A stretch of 64,000 bases of DNA from Candidatus Falkowbacteria bacterium RIFOXYA2_FULL_47_19. Lineage in GTDB: Bacteria; Patescibacteriota; Patescibacteriia; Patescibacteriales; UBA12075. Shown here piece by piece: positions 29,940-40,066 of this stretch. Within the stretch, counting starts at the first letter, position 1. Each line of letters opens with the position of its first letter. A program made the translations under genes and the position numbers. The stretch covers positions 59,841 through 123,840 of the forward strand of contig MFGB01000017.1 of the NCBI GenBank assembly GCA_001780275.1, read 5' to 3'. Under the pieces are notes generated by a model, which was not told where the DNA came from, did no database searches, and saw only the letters and a list, made by a program, of their open reading frames with translations.

Positions 29940-31937
29940 ATGCTAAAGAATTTTTTTATCAGACAATTAAAAACGGACAGGCGAAAAAAAGATCCGTTCC
30001 TTCTGCAAACCGGCCGGTTGAAAGACGGAATACTGGCCACCGTTTACCGCCCCGGTTGGGCCGAAGACGTGCACATAAGCGATGACCGCGAGAAAGAAAC
30101 CGTCGGGCGAAGTTTTAATTTTTCAAAAATAACTTTTTTGAGCCTGGTTCTGACCTTGTTCCTGTCGGTTATTTTGGCTAAATCCGCCTGGCTCCAGGTC
30201 GTTAAAGGCGAATATTATTATTGGCTTTCGGAGGGCAACCGGATCCGCATCGAAAGAATAGAACCGAGAAGGGGGGTTATTTACGATCGCGATAAAATCC
30301 CGCTGGTCAGGAATAAAGCCAATTTCCTGCTTTATTTCGTCCCCGCCGATATGCCGGAAGACGAAGAACTGGCCGGCATCCTAAGGAGGATCGGTGCGAT
30401 TCTGGGTAATATCTCAGAGCGGGATTTAGCCGAACGATTAGCCGAAGTGGACTCCGGATCCCTCGCGGCCTACCAGCCGCTTTTCGTGGCGGACAACATC
30501 GAATACGAGAAAGCCATGATACTTTATCTGGAATCCGCCAATTGGCCCGGGGTAATATTATCGAATCGGACCAGTCGGAATTACCTCACTTACGCTCCGG
30601 ACAATGGCCAAAGCGGATTTTCCTTATCGCATATCATCGGTTACACGGGGAAAATAAACGAGCGCGAACTGGAACAATTCGGCGAAGAATACCTGCCCAT
30701 CGATTATATCGGCAAGATGGGCATAGAATATTTTTGGGAAAACGAGCTTAAGGGGGTAAGCGGCAAGAAGCAGATAGAGGTTGACGCTTTAGGCAAGGAA
30801 AAAAAGGTTATCGGCCAGGAGCCGCCCGAAAACGGCCATAACCTGGTTTTATCGCTTGATACCGAGGCTCAGATAAAACTCGAAAATATCATGGTTGAAC
30901 ATTTATCGAAGCGGAAGTTAAGCCGCGCGTCGGCCATAGTGATGGATCCGGAAAACGGCGAGGTTCTGGCGATGGTAAGCCTGCCGGCCTTTGACAATAA
31001 CGTCTTCGCCCGGGGCATATCCCAGGACGAGTATAACGCGATCATCGGCCATCCGGACCATCCGCTTTTTAATCGCGCGGTTTCCGGCGAATATCCCTCC
31101 GGCTCCACGATCAAGCCGATTATGGCGGCGGCGGCCCTGGAGGAAGGGATCATCACTGATCACACCACCTTTTTAAGCACTGGCGGCATCCGAATCGGAG
31201 AATGGTTTTTCCCGGATTGGCTCGCCGGCGGCCATGGGCGCGTCAACGTCAAGCTGGCGATCGCCAACTCTGTCAATACTTTTTTCTATTATATCGGCGG
31301 CGGCCACGAAGATTTCAAGGGATTGGGACTTGACCGCATTATCCAATACGATAAAGCTTTCGGTTTAGGCGCCCAGACCGGTATCGATTTGGCGGGCGAA
31401 GCGGACGGCTTCCTGCCGACCCAGGAGTGGAAAAAAGAGGTTAAAAACGAACCCTGGTATATCGGTGATACTTATCATATATCCATCGGCCAGGGGGATC
31501 TCCTGGTTACGCCCCTGCAGGTCGCCGCTTACACGGCCGTATTCGCCAACGGAGGAAAATTATACCGGCCGCATTTCGTTACGCATATATTAACGGCCGA
31601 TGACGGCCTGATCGCCCCCATTCCCGTCGAACCGGTCAGGGAGAATTTTATCTCAGGGGACAATATCGATATCGTGAGAGAGGGTATGCGGCAGACGGTA
31701 ACTACGGGCAGCGCCCGCCGGCTTTTTTCTTTGCCCGTGCCGGCCGCCGGCAAGACCGGCACGGCGCAGTGGTCGTCTAAGAACGATCCGCACGCCTGGT
31801 TTACCGGCTTCGCTCCTTTTGACGAACCGAAAGTGGTCATAACCGTTTTGATGGAGGAGGGAAAAGAGGGAAGTGAAACCGCCGTACCGATAGCGGAGGA
31901 ATTTTTGCGATGGTACTTTGGGGAACGCAAAAAATGA
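29940..31937 (+). CDS. mrdA: Penicillin-binding protein 2
   Basis: RGVIYDR; GSTIKP (SxxK), SVN, KTGTAQ. Confidence 0.95.
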   Translation: MLKNFFIRQLKTDRRKKDPFLLQTGRLKDGILATVYRPGWAEDVHISDDREKETVGRSFNFSKITFLSLVLTLFLSVILAKSAWLQVVKGEYYYWLSEGNRIRIERIEPRRGVIYDRDKIPLVRNKANFLLYFVPADMPEDEELAGILRRIGAILGNISERDLAERLAEVDSGSLAAYQPLFVADNIEYEKAMILYLESANWPGVILSNRTSRNYLTYAPDNGQSGFSLSHIIGYTGKINERELEQFGEEYLPIDYIGKMGIEYFWENELKGVSGKKQIEVDALGKEKKVIGQEPPENGHNLVLSLDTEAQIKLENIMVEHLSKRKLSRASAIVMDPENGEVLAMVSLPAFDNNVFARGISQDEYNAIIGHPDHPLFNRAVSGEYPSGSTIKPIMAAAALEEGIITDHTTFLSTGGIRIGEWFFPDWLAGGHGRVNVKLAIANSVNTFFYYIGGGHEDFKGLGLDRIIQYDKAFGLGAQTGIDLAGEADGFLPTQEWKKEVKNEPWYIGDTYHISIGQGDLLVTPLQVAAYTAVFANGGKLYRPHFVTHILTADDGLIAPIPVEPVRENFISGDNIDIVREGMRQTVTTGSARRLFSLPVPAAGKTGTAQWSSKNDPHAWFTGFAPFDEPKVVITVLMEEGKEGSETAVPIAEEFLRWYFGERKK

Positions 31938-32097
31938 CGGTTTTTGCCTCCGTCAGGAACACGCGGAAAATTAGGCTTGACATCCGAGCGAAGAGATGAT
32001 ATTATATACAAAATATCGGGACCCTAATTTTAGGGCTGTTACGTTAACCGATAAAAATCGCACTTTTTTAACCATCAAAATAATAAGGGGAGGATCG

Positions 32098-32469
32098 ATG
32101 TTGCCAACTGTCTTCAATTTTGACCATGCCGCGTTGTCCCGGATAGCCAGGGGAGGGGAGCCGAAATGCATCATTATTGACTGCCACAAACCCGGACAGC
32201 TTGTTTGCGGTGAACATCTTTGCGAATACGGACTTGCGTCGCTGCATCGCGCCCGATTATGGATTTTAGCCTATCAGTACTACGAAAAGGGGGTCAGATT
32301 CAGAGTGTTTCGGGATGTGGTGGATTTGATCAAGTATTACATGCCGGGAGCTTTGTCCGATATCGCGAATTTGGTCAAAACTATACGGGAACATCAGCCC
32401 AACGTGGACGAAAACCTCATAAGGGATATAGCCCGCTGCTTCGCGGGCGAAACAGACGCACAAAATTAA
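32098..32469 (+). CDS. Hypothetical protein
   Basis: GGGGAGG SD before ATG 32098; C..C..C..C cluster; terminator 32491-32516. Confidence 0.55.
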   Translation: MLPTVFNFDHAALSRIARGGEPKCIIIDCHKPGQLVCGEHLCEYGLASLHRARLWILAYQYYEKGVRFRVFRDVVDLIKYYMPGALSDIANLVKTIREHQPNVDENLIRDIARCFAGETDAQN

Positions 32470-32531
32470 GATCAATGATTTTTTTAAAAACAAAGACGAC
32501 CCGTGTCGTCTTTTTTATTGTCCTGATTGAT

Positions 32532-34370
32532 TTAATATTCTTTAAAGATGTCGCTTAACTTCTGTTTGCCGAGAATGTGCAGTTCGAAGATAGCGCGGGT
32601 CATGGCCACATATAAGAGATCCCTCTTTACCCGTTTTTTTTCCGCGATAAAATCAGCCGGCATATTGGCGTAGGCCGGCAGCGACAGCCAGCCGTCGTTT
32701 GCCCCGACCAGGCAGACAATATCGAATTCCACGCCCTGGGCCTCGTTCATGGTCAGAATGTGCACGTTGGCGTTATTATGGAAAGATTTTTTAAATTTTT
32801 CCAGATAGTCTTTTTCGGCGGCTATAATACCGATGATATTTTTTTCCTTGGATTTTTCCAGGAGTTTTTTGATATATTCTATCTCTTCCGCCGGTCCGGG
32901 AAAAACGGCTTCTTTGACATCGGCGCCGCTCTTGGCCGAGTCGGGAATATTTATATCGTAACCGAGGTCTTTAATGTATTTAAGTATGCTCCCGGTATTG
33001 CGATAGACTTTATCCAGCCGGATATGCCGGTCGGGTTTTATTTCTTCCCCGATCTCTTCCCAGGTTTTTACGGTAAAAAGATTGATCTGCTGGCCCAGGT
33101 CGCCGATGTACAATAACGAACGAAGTTTATCGATGCAGCCGCGGATGATGGCTAATTGGGAAGGCAGATAGTTTTGGAATTCATCGATGATGATCAAAGA
33201 GTATTCGATCGGTTTTTTTCTGGTTTTCCTGGTTAAAAGATAATTTTTGTCAGTTACGTAATATTCTTCTTCCATGGTAAGCCCGCCGTACGCTCTTAGG
33301 CGCGATTTAAGGAGCAGGGTAAGGTCGAAACGATCCAGCAATTTCCGGTTTTTTTGTTTTTTGAATAAATTATACATGGCCGGAGACAGGCCGGTCCGAT
33401 AGATCTTTTCCAGCCAGGCCAGGGAGAAGCGGGCAGGGGGAGGGATATCCTCTTGCGCGAGCAGGCGGTTTTTTTCGTATTCGTACGCGTCTTTCTCCGC
33501 TTCCGTGCCACCGAATCGGTTCGTATAAGCGAGTTCGTCATTTAGCCCTAAAATTTTCGCTGCCCACTCGAAGATGGTGGTTATGCTGACGTCTTCTATG
33601 CCCAGTTCCGGAAGAAGGTGGGAGAAATAGTCTTTCGTCCCCGCGTCCTGAACGAAAACGATCGCCCGGCGGCCGCTGTAACGCTCGGCGGTTTCCGGAG
33701 ACTGCGCCAGGTAAGCCGCCCGATGAAGAGCGAGCGTGGTCTTGCCGGACCCGGCCGGGCCGGAAATGACGAAGGATCCGGCGCAGTCGGCGCGGATAAC
33801 TTCGTCCTGCGCCCTTTCCATGCGTTCGATTATTTCCGGCAGGGCAAAGCCGGTTTTGCGCGTCGAAAAGTATTCCTGATAAACCAGGGTTCGCGGCCGG
33901 CCGGTCTCTTCGGATGTCAGATAAACGATCTTGCCGTCGATGATCATGAATTGGTCTTTACGAAGCATGAGCCCATGTTTGATTTCCCCGTCCCGCCGCA
34001 CATAAGAAAACCGGCCGCAGTCCTCGAAGCGGATGGACGCTATGGGCGCTACCCAGGAATAGACGGACTCTTCGGTATAGGGAAACTTGGCAAAATAGAG
34101 CGTCTTCTCTTCGGGTTCGCCATCGAAGCGTACGTCGCATCTGACGAAATACGGCGAAGGATATAATTTTTTGAGCTCATCCAGCCTTTTGGCGTTGTAA
34201 TACATAAGCTCAACATGGACCATCCGGTCGGTGCCCCGGAGGCGTTTAAGCTCCGCGAGGTTTCTTTTGTCTTTATTCTCAAGTTCGGCCGATAAGATAC
34301 CGATCTTATTCCTGATCACGGATAAACGCTCTTTGGCGCGGCTATGGATTTTGCTTTTTTCTTCAGTCAT
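32532..34370 (-). CDS. helD: HelD-like superfamily 1 helicase/ATPase (RNA polymerase recycling family)
   Basis: SPYF.R.D, SW.APIAS, GPAGSGKTTLALHRAAYL, IDEFQ, QGVEFD, LYVAMTRA. Confidence 0.72.
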   Translation of the reverse strand: MTEEKSKIHSRAKERLSVIRNKIGILSAELENKDKRNLAELKRLRGTDRMVHVELMYYNAKRLDELKKLYPSPYFVRCDVRFDGEPEEKTLYFAKFPYTEESVYSWVAPIASIRFEDCGRFSYVRRDGEIKHGLMLRKDQFMIIDGKIVYLTSEETGRPRTLVYQEYFSTRKTGFALPEIIERMERAQDEVIRADCAGSFVISGPAGSGKTTLALHRAAYLAQSPETAERYSGRRAIVFVQDAGTKDYFSHLLPELGIEDVSITTIFEWAAKILGLNDELAYTNRFGGTEAEKDAYEYEKNRLLAQEDIPPPARFSLAWLEKIYRTGLSPAMYNLFKKQKNRKLLDRFDLTLLLKSRLRAYGGLTMEEEYYVTDKNYLLTRKTRKKPIEYSLIIIDEFQNYLPSQLAIIRGCIDKLRSLLYIGDLGQQINLFTVKTWEEIGEEIKPDRHIRLDKVYRNTGSILKYIKDLGYDINIPDSAKSGADVKEAVFPGPAEEIEYIKKLLEKSKEKNIIGIIAAEKDYLEKFKKSFHNNANVHILTMNEAQGVEFDIVCLVGANDGWLSLPAYANMPADFIAEKKRVKRDLLYVAMTRAIFELHILGKQKLSDIFKEY

Positions 34371-34554
34371 ATTTTTTCATTATACCACAAAAAAACTGCC
34401 CGGAGCGGGCAGTTTTTGGGCGATTATAAGAATTTAATATATATAGCAGATAATACTTATTTTTCATAATTATAATTTACAGGAATTATTTCTATTTGTC
34501 AAATTAAATAATTTAAAGTAAATTTATTTAATTTTAGTAAAAAAAATAATATAT

Positions 34555-34581
34555 TTAGCACTCTCTTGACATGAGTGCTAA
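34555..34581 (+). promoter_or_regulatory. CIRCE operator overlapping the -35 box of the hrcA promoter
   Basis: Perfect TTAGCACTC-N9-GAGTGCTAA; TTGACA at 34566, TATAAT at 34588. Confidence 0.97.
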
Positions 34582-34620
34582 GTATTGTATAATATTGATA
34601 TATCCTAGGTGGATAAAAAT

Positions 34621-35304
34621 ATGGATAAAAGAAAGGAACTAATATTAAACACCATTATCCAGGAACATATAAAGACCGGCACGCCGGTTGGTTCAGGCAT
34701 TATCGCGGAAAAATATAAACTGGGAATTTCCCCGGCTACGATCAGGAATGAAATGGCCTCCCTGGAAGAAGACGGCTTTATAACGCAGCCGCACACTTCC
34801 GCCGGCCGGATTCCCACGGAAAAAGCTTATCGTTTATTTTTGGATAGCTTGCGGCCGGATAACGCGGAATTTAAAAACGACTTCCTGAATTTGAAGAATA
34901 TTTTAAAGGCGAAAGACGAGGTAAGCTTCAAGGAGGCCGCCAAGGTCATGGCTTTGGTTTCCGGCAATGCGGTTTTTTGGGCTTTTCACCGGCATAATTT
35001 ATATTATACGGGCATTTCCAACCTGTTCCAGCAGCCGGAGTTCAGGGAATTGGACGTAATTTATGATATTTCCGCGGTCATTGACCGGATAGATGAGATC
35101 GTTGACGAGATGTATGAGGGCACAAAGCCGGGCTTAAGCACGCTTATAGGCACCAAAAACCCCTTTGGAGATCTGTGCAGTACGGTACTGGCGAAATATA
35201 AATGGGGCGAACGGACCGGCCTGTTCGGTGTTATCGGACCGATGCGGATGGATTACAAGAAGAATATCGCTTTAGTTAAATATGTGTTTGATGAGATCGG
35301 ATAA
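34621..35304 (+). CDS. hrcA: Heat-inducible transcription repressor HrcA (short form)
   Basis: PVGS..SPATIRNEMASLE..QPHTSAGRIPT; GVIGPMRMDY. Confidence 0.95.
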   Translation: MDKRKELILNTIIQEHIKTGTPVGSGIIAEKYKLGISPATIRNEMASLEEDGFITQPHTSAGRIPTEKAYRLFLDSLRPDNAEFKNDFLNLKNILKAKDEVSFKEAAKVMALVSGNAVFWAFHRHNLYYTGISNLFQQPEFRELDVIYDISAVIDRIDEIVDEMYEGTKPGLSTLIGTKNPFGDLCSTVLAKYKWGERTGLFGVIGPMRMDYKKNIALVKYVFDEIG

Positions 35305-35358
35305 TAGCATTTTAAATGAACGGCCCTTGGCCGATAATTAACGAATTTCAATTTTTCT

Positions 35359-36234
35359 ATGGATAATGCGCAAAATGAAATTAAAAAATATCCCAAAGCC
35401 ATTACCGGCGCGTTCATATTCAATGACAAAGGCGAGTTATTTTTGATGAAATCGCCCAAGTGGCAGGATAAATATGTCTGCCCCGGCGGTACGGTCGAGT
35501 ATAATGAAAAAATAGAAGATAATCTGAGGCGCGAAGTAAGGGAAGAAACCAACATGGAGATCGCGGATATCGGATTTTTAGGAATTTCCGAGGGCGTCAA
35601 TTTAGGCGATAAATATTCCAAGGCCGCCAAACATCTGATATTTTTTAATTATCAGGCGGTCGTCAGCGGACGCCCGGATATTAAACTGAACGACGAAGCG
35701 GTCAAATACCGGTGGTTGAAACCGGCCGAGTGGCTGAAGAAAGATCTGGGCGAATTTACCAAAGAGGTAATAGAAAAATATTTATCAGAAGACCGTGATT
35801 ACGAAGGCAGGTATAAGCGAGCCCTGGCTGATTACCAGAATCTTCTCAAACAGACGGCCAAAGAGCGGGAAGAATTCATCAAATACGCGAACGAACAGGT
35901 CATTTATGATATTATCCCGGTTTACGATAATCTGCGGACATCAATGGAGCATGTCGACGAGGCTACGGCCAAGAACGGCTGGGTCGAAGGCATAAAATAC
36001 GTGATCAGGCAATTCAAGGATATTTTAGGGAAGATGGGCGTGGAGGAAATAGAAGCCACCGGTAAAAAATTCGATTATCATACCATGGAGGCGCTGGAGG
36101 GCAAGGGAGAGAAGGTCGTAAAAACGGTCAAGCCGGGGTATAAGCTGCACGGGAAGGTGATCATACCGGCTAAGGTCGTTTTGGAAAAAGGCGGGGATAG
36201 TGCTACTGGTGACGTAGCGGATAAAAAACAATAA
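35359..36234 (+). CDS. grpE: Nudix hydrolase-GrpE fusion protein
   Basis: N-half Nudix box GGTVEYNE..LRREVREETN; C-half RALADYQN..PVYDNL..FD...EA..PGYKLHGKVIIPAKV. Confidence 0.88.
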   Translation: MDNAQNEIKKYPKAITGAFIFNDKGELFLMKSPKWQDKYVCPGGTVEYNEKIEDNLRREVREETNMEIADIGFLGISEGVNLGDKYSKAAKHLIFFNYQAVVSGRPDIKLNDEAVKYRWLKPAEWLKKDLGEFTKEVIEKYLSEDRDYEGRYKRALADYQNLLKQTAKEREEFIKYANEQVIYDIIPVYDNLRTSMEHVDEATAKNGWVEGIKYVIRQFKDILGKMGVEEIEATGKKFDYHTMEALEGKGEKVVKTVKPGYKLHGKVIIPAKVVLEKGGDSATGDVADKKQ

Positions 36235-36341
36235 GATACAAGAAACAAGACACAAGGATACAAACAAATTTCAAATTCCAAAATACCAAACAGTTTGATT
36301 ATCGAATATTGGAAATTGTTTCTTGTATTCTTGTGTCTTGG
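36233..36341. repeat. Heptamer-repeat inverted element, family A
   Basis: AAGATACAAGAAACAAGACACAAGGATACAA ... TTGTATTCTTGTGTCTTG, starting within the grpE stop codon. Confidence 0.8.
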
Positions 36342-36414
36342 TAAAATATAATTAACGATCCATTGGTCGGTCTATGGCGCGTAAGATGCCATTTCCGGCT
36401 AAGGGGGAAAAAAT

Positions 36415-36849
36415 ATGGCTTTGATCAAATGGAGCCCATTCCTCGATGTCGAACCTTTCGAGGAGATGGAAAAAATGTTTTCCGACTGGCCAGGCATGCG
36501 CGGCAATAAATCCGGTTTTGTGCCGGCCGTCGATATGTACGAAGACAAGGACAATGTCGTCGTCGAAACCCAGCTCGCGGGCATTGATCCGGAAAAAGTC
36601 GATATTTCTATCGAGAACGACGTGCTTTCGATCAAGGGCGAATCGGAAAAGAAAAGCGAGGTGGAAGACAAGAATTATTACCGCAAGGAGATCCGGCGCG
36701 GCAGTTTTTATCGGAGCGTTCCGCTTCCGACCCATGTTTTGGGAGACAGGGCCGAAGCGACGACCAATGACGGCGTTCTGAAGATCACTATTCCGAAGGC
36801 GCCCGAAGCGAAGCCGCGGACGATTAAGATAAAAACCACAAAGAAATAA
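36415..36849 (+). CDS. Hsp20/alpha-crystallin small heat-shock protein
   Basis: PAVDMYE..LSIKGE..EIRRGSFYRS..DGVLKITIPK. Confidence 0.95.
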   Translation: MALIKWSPFLDVEPFEEMEKMFSDWPGMRGNKSGFVPAVDMYEDKDNVVVETQLAGIDPEKVDISIENDVLSIKGESEKKSEVEDKNYYRKEIRRGSFYRSVPLPTHVLGDRAEATTNDGVLKITIPKAPEAKPRTIKIKTTKK

Positions 36850-36867
36850 ATATCAATAGGGGGACTT

Positions 36868-37122
36868 TCCGCCCGAGGCGGATAAGTTATCCCCGGCTTA
36901 GCACATGTTTAGGCGTTAGGCCGTTAGGCGGTAGGCTTTAGGAAGTTTTAATAAGCGTGTGGTGGGGCGGGGATGTTCAAATTACGAATTACGAATGTCG
37001 AATTACGAATTAAACCGTAAAATAATTTTTTATAACAAACAATTATCAAACCAAAAATATCGCATCACGTCGTTACTAATTGCCGGGCAGGCGTTATGGG
37101 TTACGCGTTATGCGTTATGCGA
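36868..37122. repeat. Stack of repeat arms upstream of dnaK (CCGCC hairpin, TTAGGCG, TTACGAA and GTTATGC units)
   Basis: 36909-36942 TTAGGCG-like x4-5; 36979-37011 AATTACG-like x4; 37092-37122 GTTATGC-like x4. Confidence 0.75.
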
Positions 37123-37129
37123 CAAAGAT

Positions 37130-39046
37130 ATGGGAAAAATATTAGGTATCGATCTGGGTACGACCAATAGCGCCATGGCGATCATGGAAGGCGGCCAGCC
37201 CAAGATCCTGGAGAATGCCGAAGGCAACCGGACCACGCCTTCGATCGTGGCGATCTCTAAAAGCGGCGAGCGCTTAGTCGGCCAGACCGCCAAGCGCCAG
37301 GCCGTGACCAATCCGGAAAATACCGTTTACGCGGTCAAGCGCCTGATCGGCCGCCGGTTTACCGACGACGAAGTGCAACGGGACATAAAGATCTCGCCTT
37401 ATAAGATCGTCCAGGCCGGAGAAGGCGTTAAGGTCAAGATGAACGGTCAGGATTATACTCCGCAGGAGATATCGGCCATGATCCTCTCGAAGCTCAAAGC
37501 GGACGCCGAAGCCAAACTCGGGGAAAAGATCACTGAAGCGATCATTACCGTGCCGGCTTATTTCGACGATTCGCAGCGGCAGGCCACCAAAGACGCCGGC
37601 AAGATCGCCGGACTCGAGGTCAAGCGCATAATCAACGAGCCGACGGCAGCGGCCCTGGCTTACGGTTTTGAAAAGAAAAAGGGCCAGCAGATCGCGGTTT
37701 ACGACTTAGGCGGCGGCACCTTCGATATTTCGATCCTGGACGTTTCCAAGGATACGGTCGAGGTAAAATCGACCAACGGCGACACGCATTTGGGCGGCGA
37801 GGATTTCGATCAAGTGCTCATAAACTGGATCATCGATGAATTCAAAAAAGACCAGGGTATAGACCTGTCTAAAGATACTTTGGCGCTCCAGCGCATCAAG
37901 GAGGCGGCGGAAAAGGCGAAGATCGAATTATCCACCACGAACGAAAGCGAAATCAACCAGCCTTTCATAACGACCGACGCGAACGGACCGAAGCATCTGG
38001 TCATGAAGCTGACCCGGGCCAAGCTCGAAGAGCTGGTGGGCGATCTTGTGGAAAAGACCCTGAAACCCTGCGAGGACGCGCTTCGGGACGCCAAACTCGA
38101 AAAGAAGGATATTGAAGAGGTGATCATGGTCGGCGGGATGACCCGCATGCCCCTGGTCCAGAAAAGAGTCAGGGAGTTTTTCGGCAAAGAACCGAATTTA
38201 AGCGTCAATCCGGACGAAGTCGTAGCCGTCGGCGCGGCCGTCCAGGCCGGCGTTCTCCAGGGCGACGTCAAGGATGTCCTCCTATTAGACGTTACTCCCT
38301 TGACCCTCGGCATAGAAACCTTGGGCGGAGTGGCGACGCCTTTGATCGAACGCAATACCACCATCCCGACCTCGAAATCGCAGATATTTTCGACCGCGGC
38401 CGACAGCCAACCGTCGGTCGAGATCCACGTGCTCCAGGGCGAGCGGCCGATGGCGGCGGACAACAAGACCTTAGGACGCTTTATATTGGATGGGCTTCCG
38501 CCCGCGCCGCGGGGAATACCGCAGATCGAGGTTACTTTCGATATCGACGCTAACGGCATTTTAAACGTCAAGGCTCAGGACAAGGCCTCAGGGAAAGAGC
38601 AGAAGATCACTATCACTTCTTCGTCGGGACTCTCGAAAGAAGAGGTCGAGAAAATGAAGAAAGAGGCCGAAGCGCACGCCGAAGATGATAAAAAGAAAAA
38701 GGAAAAGGTGGAAATAAAGAATCAAGCCGAAACGATCGTTTTCACTACCGAAAAATTGATCAAAGAATCCGGCGAGAAGATGAAGCCGGAAGACAAGAAA
38801 GAATTAGAAACGAAAATTGAAGAGCTTAAAAAAGTTAAAGACACGGATAATACCGATGAGATCAAGAAAAAAATGGAAGAAATGAACCAGGTAGCCCAGA
38901 GGATCGGCACGGCCATGTACCAGGCGGCTCAGGCGGCCGGCGCGCAGGCCGGAGCGGACGGCGCCAAGGCCGGAGAACAGAAAACTGACGATAAAAACGG
39001 CAAGAAAGACGAGCCGATCGAAGGGGAATTCGAGGAAAAGAAATAA
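37130..39046 (+). CDS. dnaK: Chaperone DnaK
   Basis: [14 protein letters not shown]; start corrected to 37130. Confidence 0.98.
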   Translation: MGKILGIDLGTTNSAMAIMEGGQPKILENAEGNRTTPSIVAISKSGERLVGQTAKRQAVTNPENTVYAVKRLIGRRFTDDEVQRDIKISPYKIVQAGEGVKVKMNGQDYTPQEISAMILSKLKADAEAKLGEKITEAIITVPAYFDDSQRQATKDAGKIAGLEVKRIINEPTAAALAYGFEKKKGQQIAVYDLGGGTFDISILDVSKDTVEVKSTNGDTHLGGEDFDQVLINWIIDEFKKDQGIDLSKDTLALQRIKEAAEKAKIELSTTNESEINQPFITTDANGPKHLVMKLTRAKLEELVGDLVEKTLKPCEDALRDAKLEKKDIEEVIMVGGMTRMPLVQKRVREFFGKEPNLSVNPDEVVAVGAAVQAGVLQGDVKDVLLLDVTPLTLGIETLGGVATPLIERNTTIPTSKSQIFSTAADSQPSVEIHVLQGERPMAADNKTLGRFILDGLPPAPRGIPQIEVTFDIDANGILNVKAQDKASGKEQKITITSSSGLSKEEVEKMKKEAEAHAEDDKKKKEKVEIKNQAETIVFTTEKLIKESGEKMKPEDKKELETKIEELKKVKDTDNTDEIKKKMEEMNQVAQRIGTAMYQAAQAAGAQAGADGAKAGEQKTDDKNGKKDEPIEGEFEEKK

Positions 39047-39058
39047 ATTTTTACGCGC

Positions 39059-39171
39059 GTAGAGACGCCCCGGCGGGGCGTCTCTACCTTTGGCGTTTTC
39101 CCATAAAATATTCTTACGGATTACAAGCGGCAAGGCGGCAAATTAGAGACGAGGCAATGCCTCGTCTCTAC
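39059..39171. repeat. Two GTAG-type REP-like palindromes
   Basis: GTAGAGACGCCCCGGCGGGGCGTCTCTAC (39059-39087) and TAGAGACGAGGCAATGCCTCGTCTCTAC (39144-39171). Confidence 0.75.
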
Positions 39172-39341
39172 CGCACCTCGCTTTCGCCCCCCCACCCAAG
39201 GCAGGCAGACTGGGATGACAAAAAAGAAAAAGAGCGGTAAAATTAAATTTTAGAAGAACCATAAAACATTAAACGCTTGAATCCGGTTCCTCTATCGCGC
39301 GAGAGCGGGTGAAGAGGGTCAGGGTGAGGGCAATGTCGAAT

Positions 39342-39635
39342 ATGTCACAAGTAAACCAACCCAAGAAAACCGAAATCAAAATCGCGGATAATATCCCGGG
39401 AGCGGAATACGCGAACGCGATGCAGGTCAACCATAACCGGGACGAGTTCCAGCTGATGTTTTTAAATATCCTCGGCCCCTCCGGCCGCGTTACCGGCAAA
39501 ATCATCACCGGACCAGGCCATCTCAAGCGCATTGTGGCGGCTCTCCAGGATAATTTAAAGAAATACGAAGAGCGCTTCGGCGTGATCAAGGAAGCTGAAG
39601 GTCCGGAGGAGAAGGAGATCGGGTTTAAGGGCTAA
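39342..39635 (+). CDS. DUF3467-like protein
   Basis: YANAMQVNHNRDEFQLMF..KIITGPGHLKRIVAALQDNLKKYEERFG.I. Confidence 0.8.
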   Translation: MSQVNQPKKTEIKIADNIPGAEYANAMQVNHNRDEFQLMFLNILGPSGRVTGKIITGPGHLKRIVAALQDNLKKYEERFGVIKEAEGPEEKEIGFKG

Positions 39636-39636
39636 G

Positions 39637-40061
39637 GATTTTCGATTGCCGATTTTCGATTGCCGATTTAAATAAGATGAATAAGGAGGATTTAAAAAAT
39701 AGATTTAAAAAGTTTGCCTTGCGCGTAATTAAATTAACGCGTGCTTTGCCAAGTACTTATGAGTCAAAGGTAATGGGCGGGCAATTATTAAGATGCGGAA
39801 CTTCTTCAGCGGCTAATTATAGAGCGGCCTGCAGGGGTAAATCAAGACCTGATTTTATCTCTAAGTTAGGGATTGTTGAAGAAGAATTGGATGAAAGCAT
39901 GTTTTGGATGGAAATAATTATCGAGTCGGAATTAATAGCCAGACATTTAATCAAAGATTTATATCAAGAAACCGATGAATTATTATCAATAATCATCAAG
40001 TCCAAAATTACTGCCAGAAATAATAAATAATTCGACATTCGAAAATCGTAAATCGAAAATC
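39637..40061 (+). mobile_element. Putative insertion cassette: family B heptamer inverted arms enclosing a four-helix-bundle gene
   Basis: Left GATTTTC GATTGCC GATTTTC GATTGCC GATTT; right TTCGACATTCGAAAATCGTAAATCGAAAATC; mobility is inferred. Confidence 0.55.
39677..40030 (+). CDS. Four-helix-bundle protein (23S rRNA IVP / TIGR02436-like)
   Basis: FALRVIKL...LP...QLLRCGTSSAANYRAA...S..DFISKL.IVEEE.DES.FW; visibly AT-richer than dnaK/dnaJ. Confidence 0.92.
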   Translation: MNKEDLKNRFKKFALRVIKLTRALPSTYESKVMGGQLLRCGTSSAANYRAACRGKSRPDFISKLGIVEEELDESMFWMEIIIESELIARHLIKDLYQETDELLSIIIKSKITARNNK

Positions 40062-40066
40062 AGAGT

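Noticed and set aside
36363..36412. RNA thermometer before hsp20
   Set aside because: A hairpin is present (ATGGCG/TGCCAT) but it does not clearly sequester the SD, and no ROSE or fourU motif is evident.
36959..37129. 57-aa N-terminal extension of DnaK in the ORF track
   Set aside because: It is translated heptamer repeats ([17 protein letters not shown]); the canonical start [10 protein letters not shown] is at 37130.
39677..40030. Diversity-generating retroelement, suggested by the Avd-like fold
   Set aside because: No reverse transcriptase and no TR/VR pair differing at adenines were found in the window.
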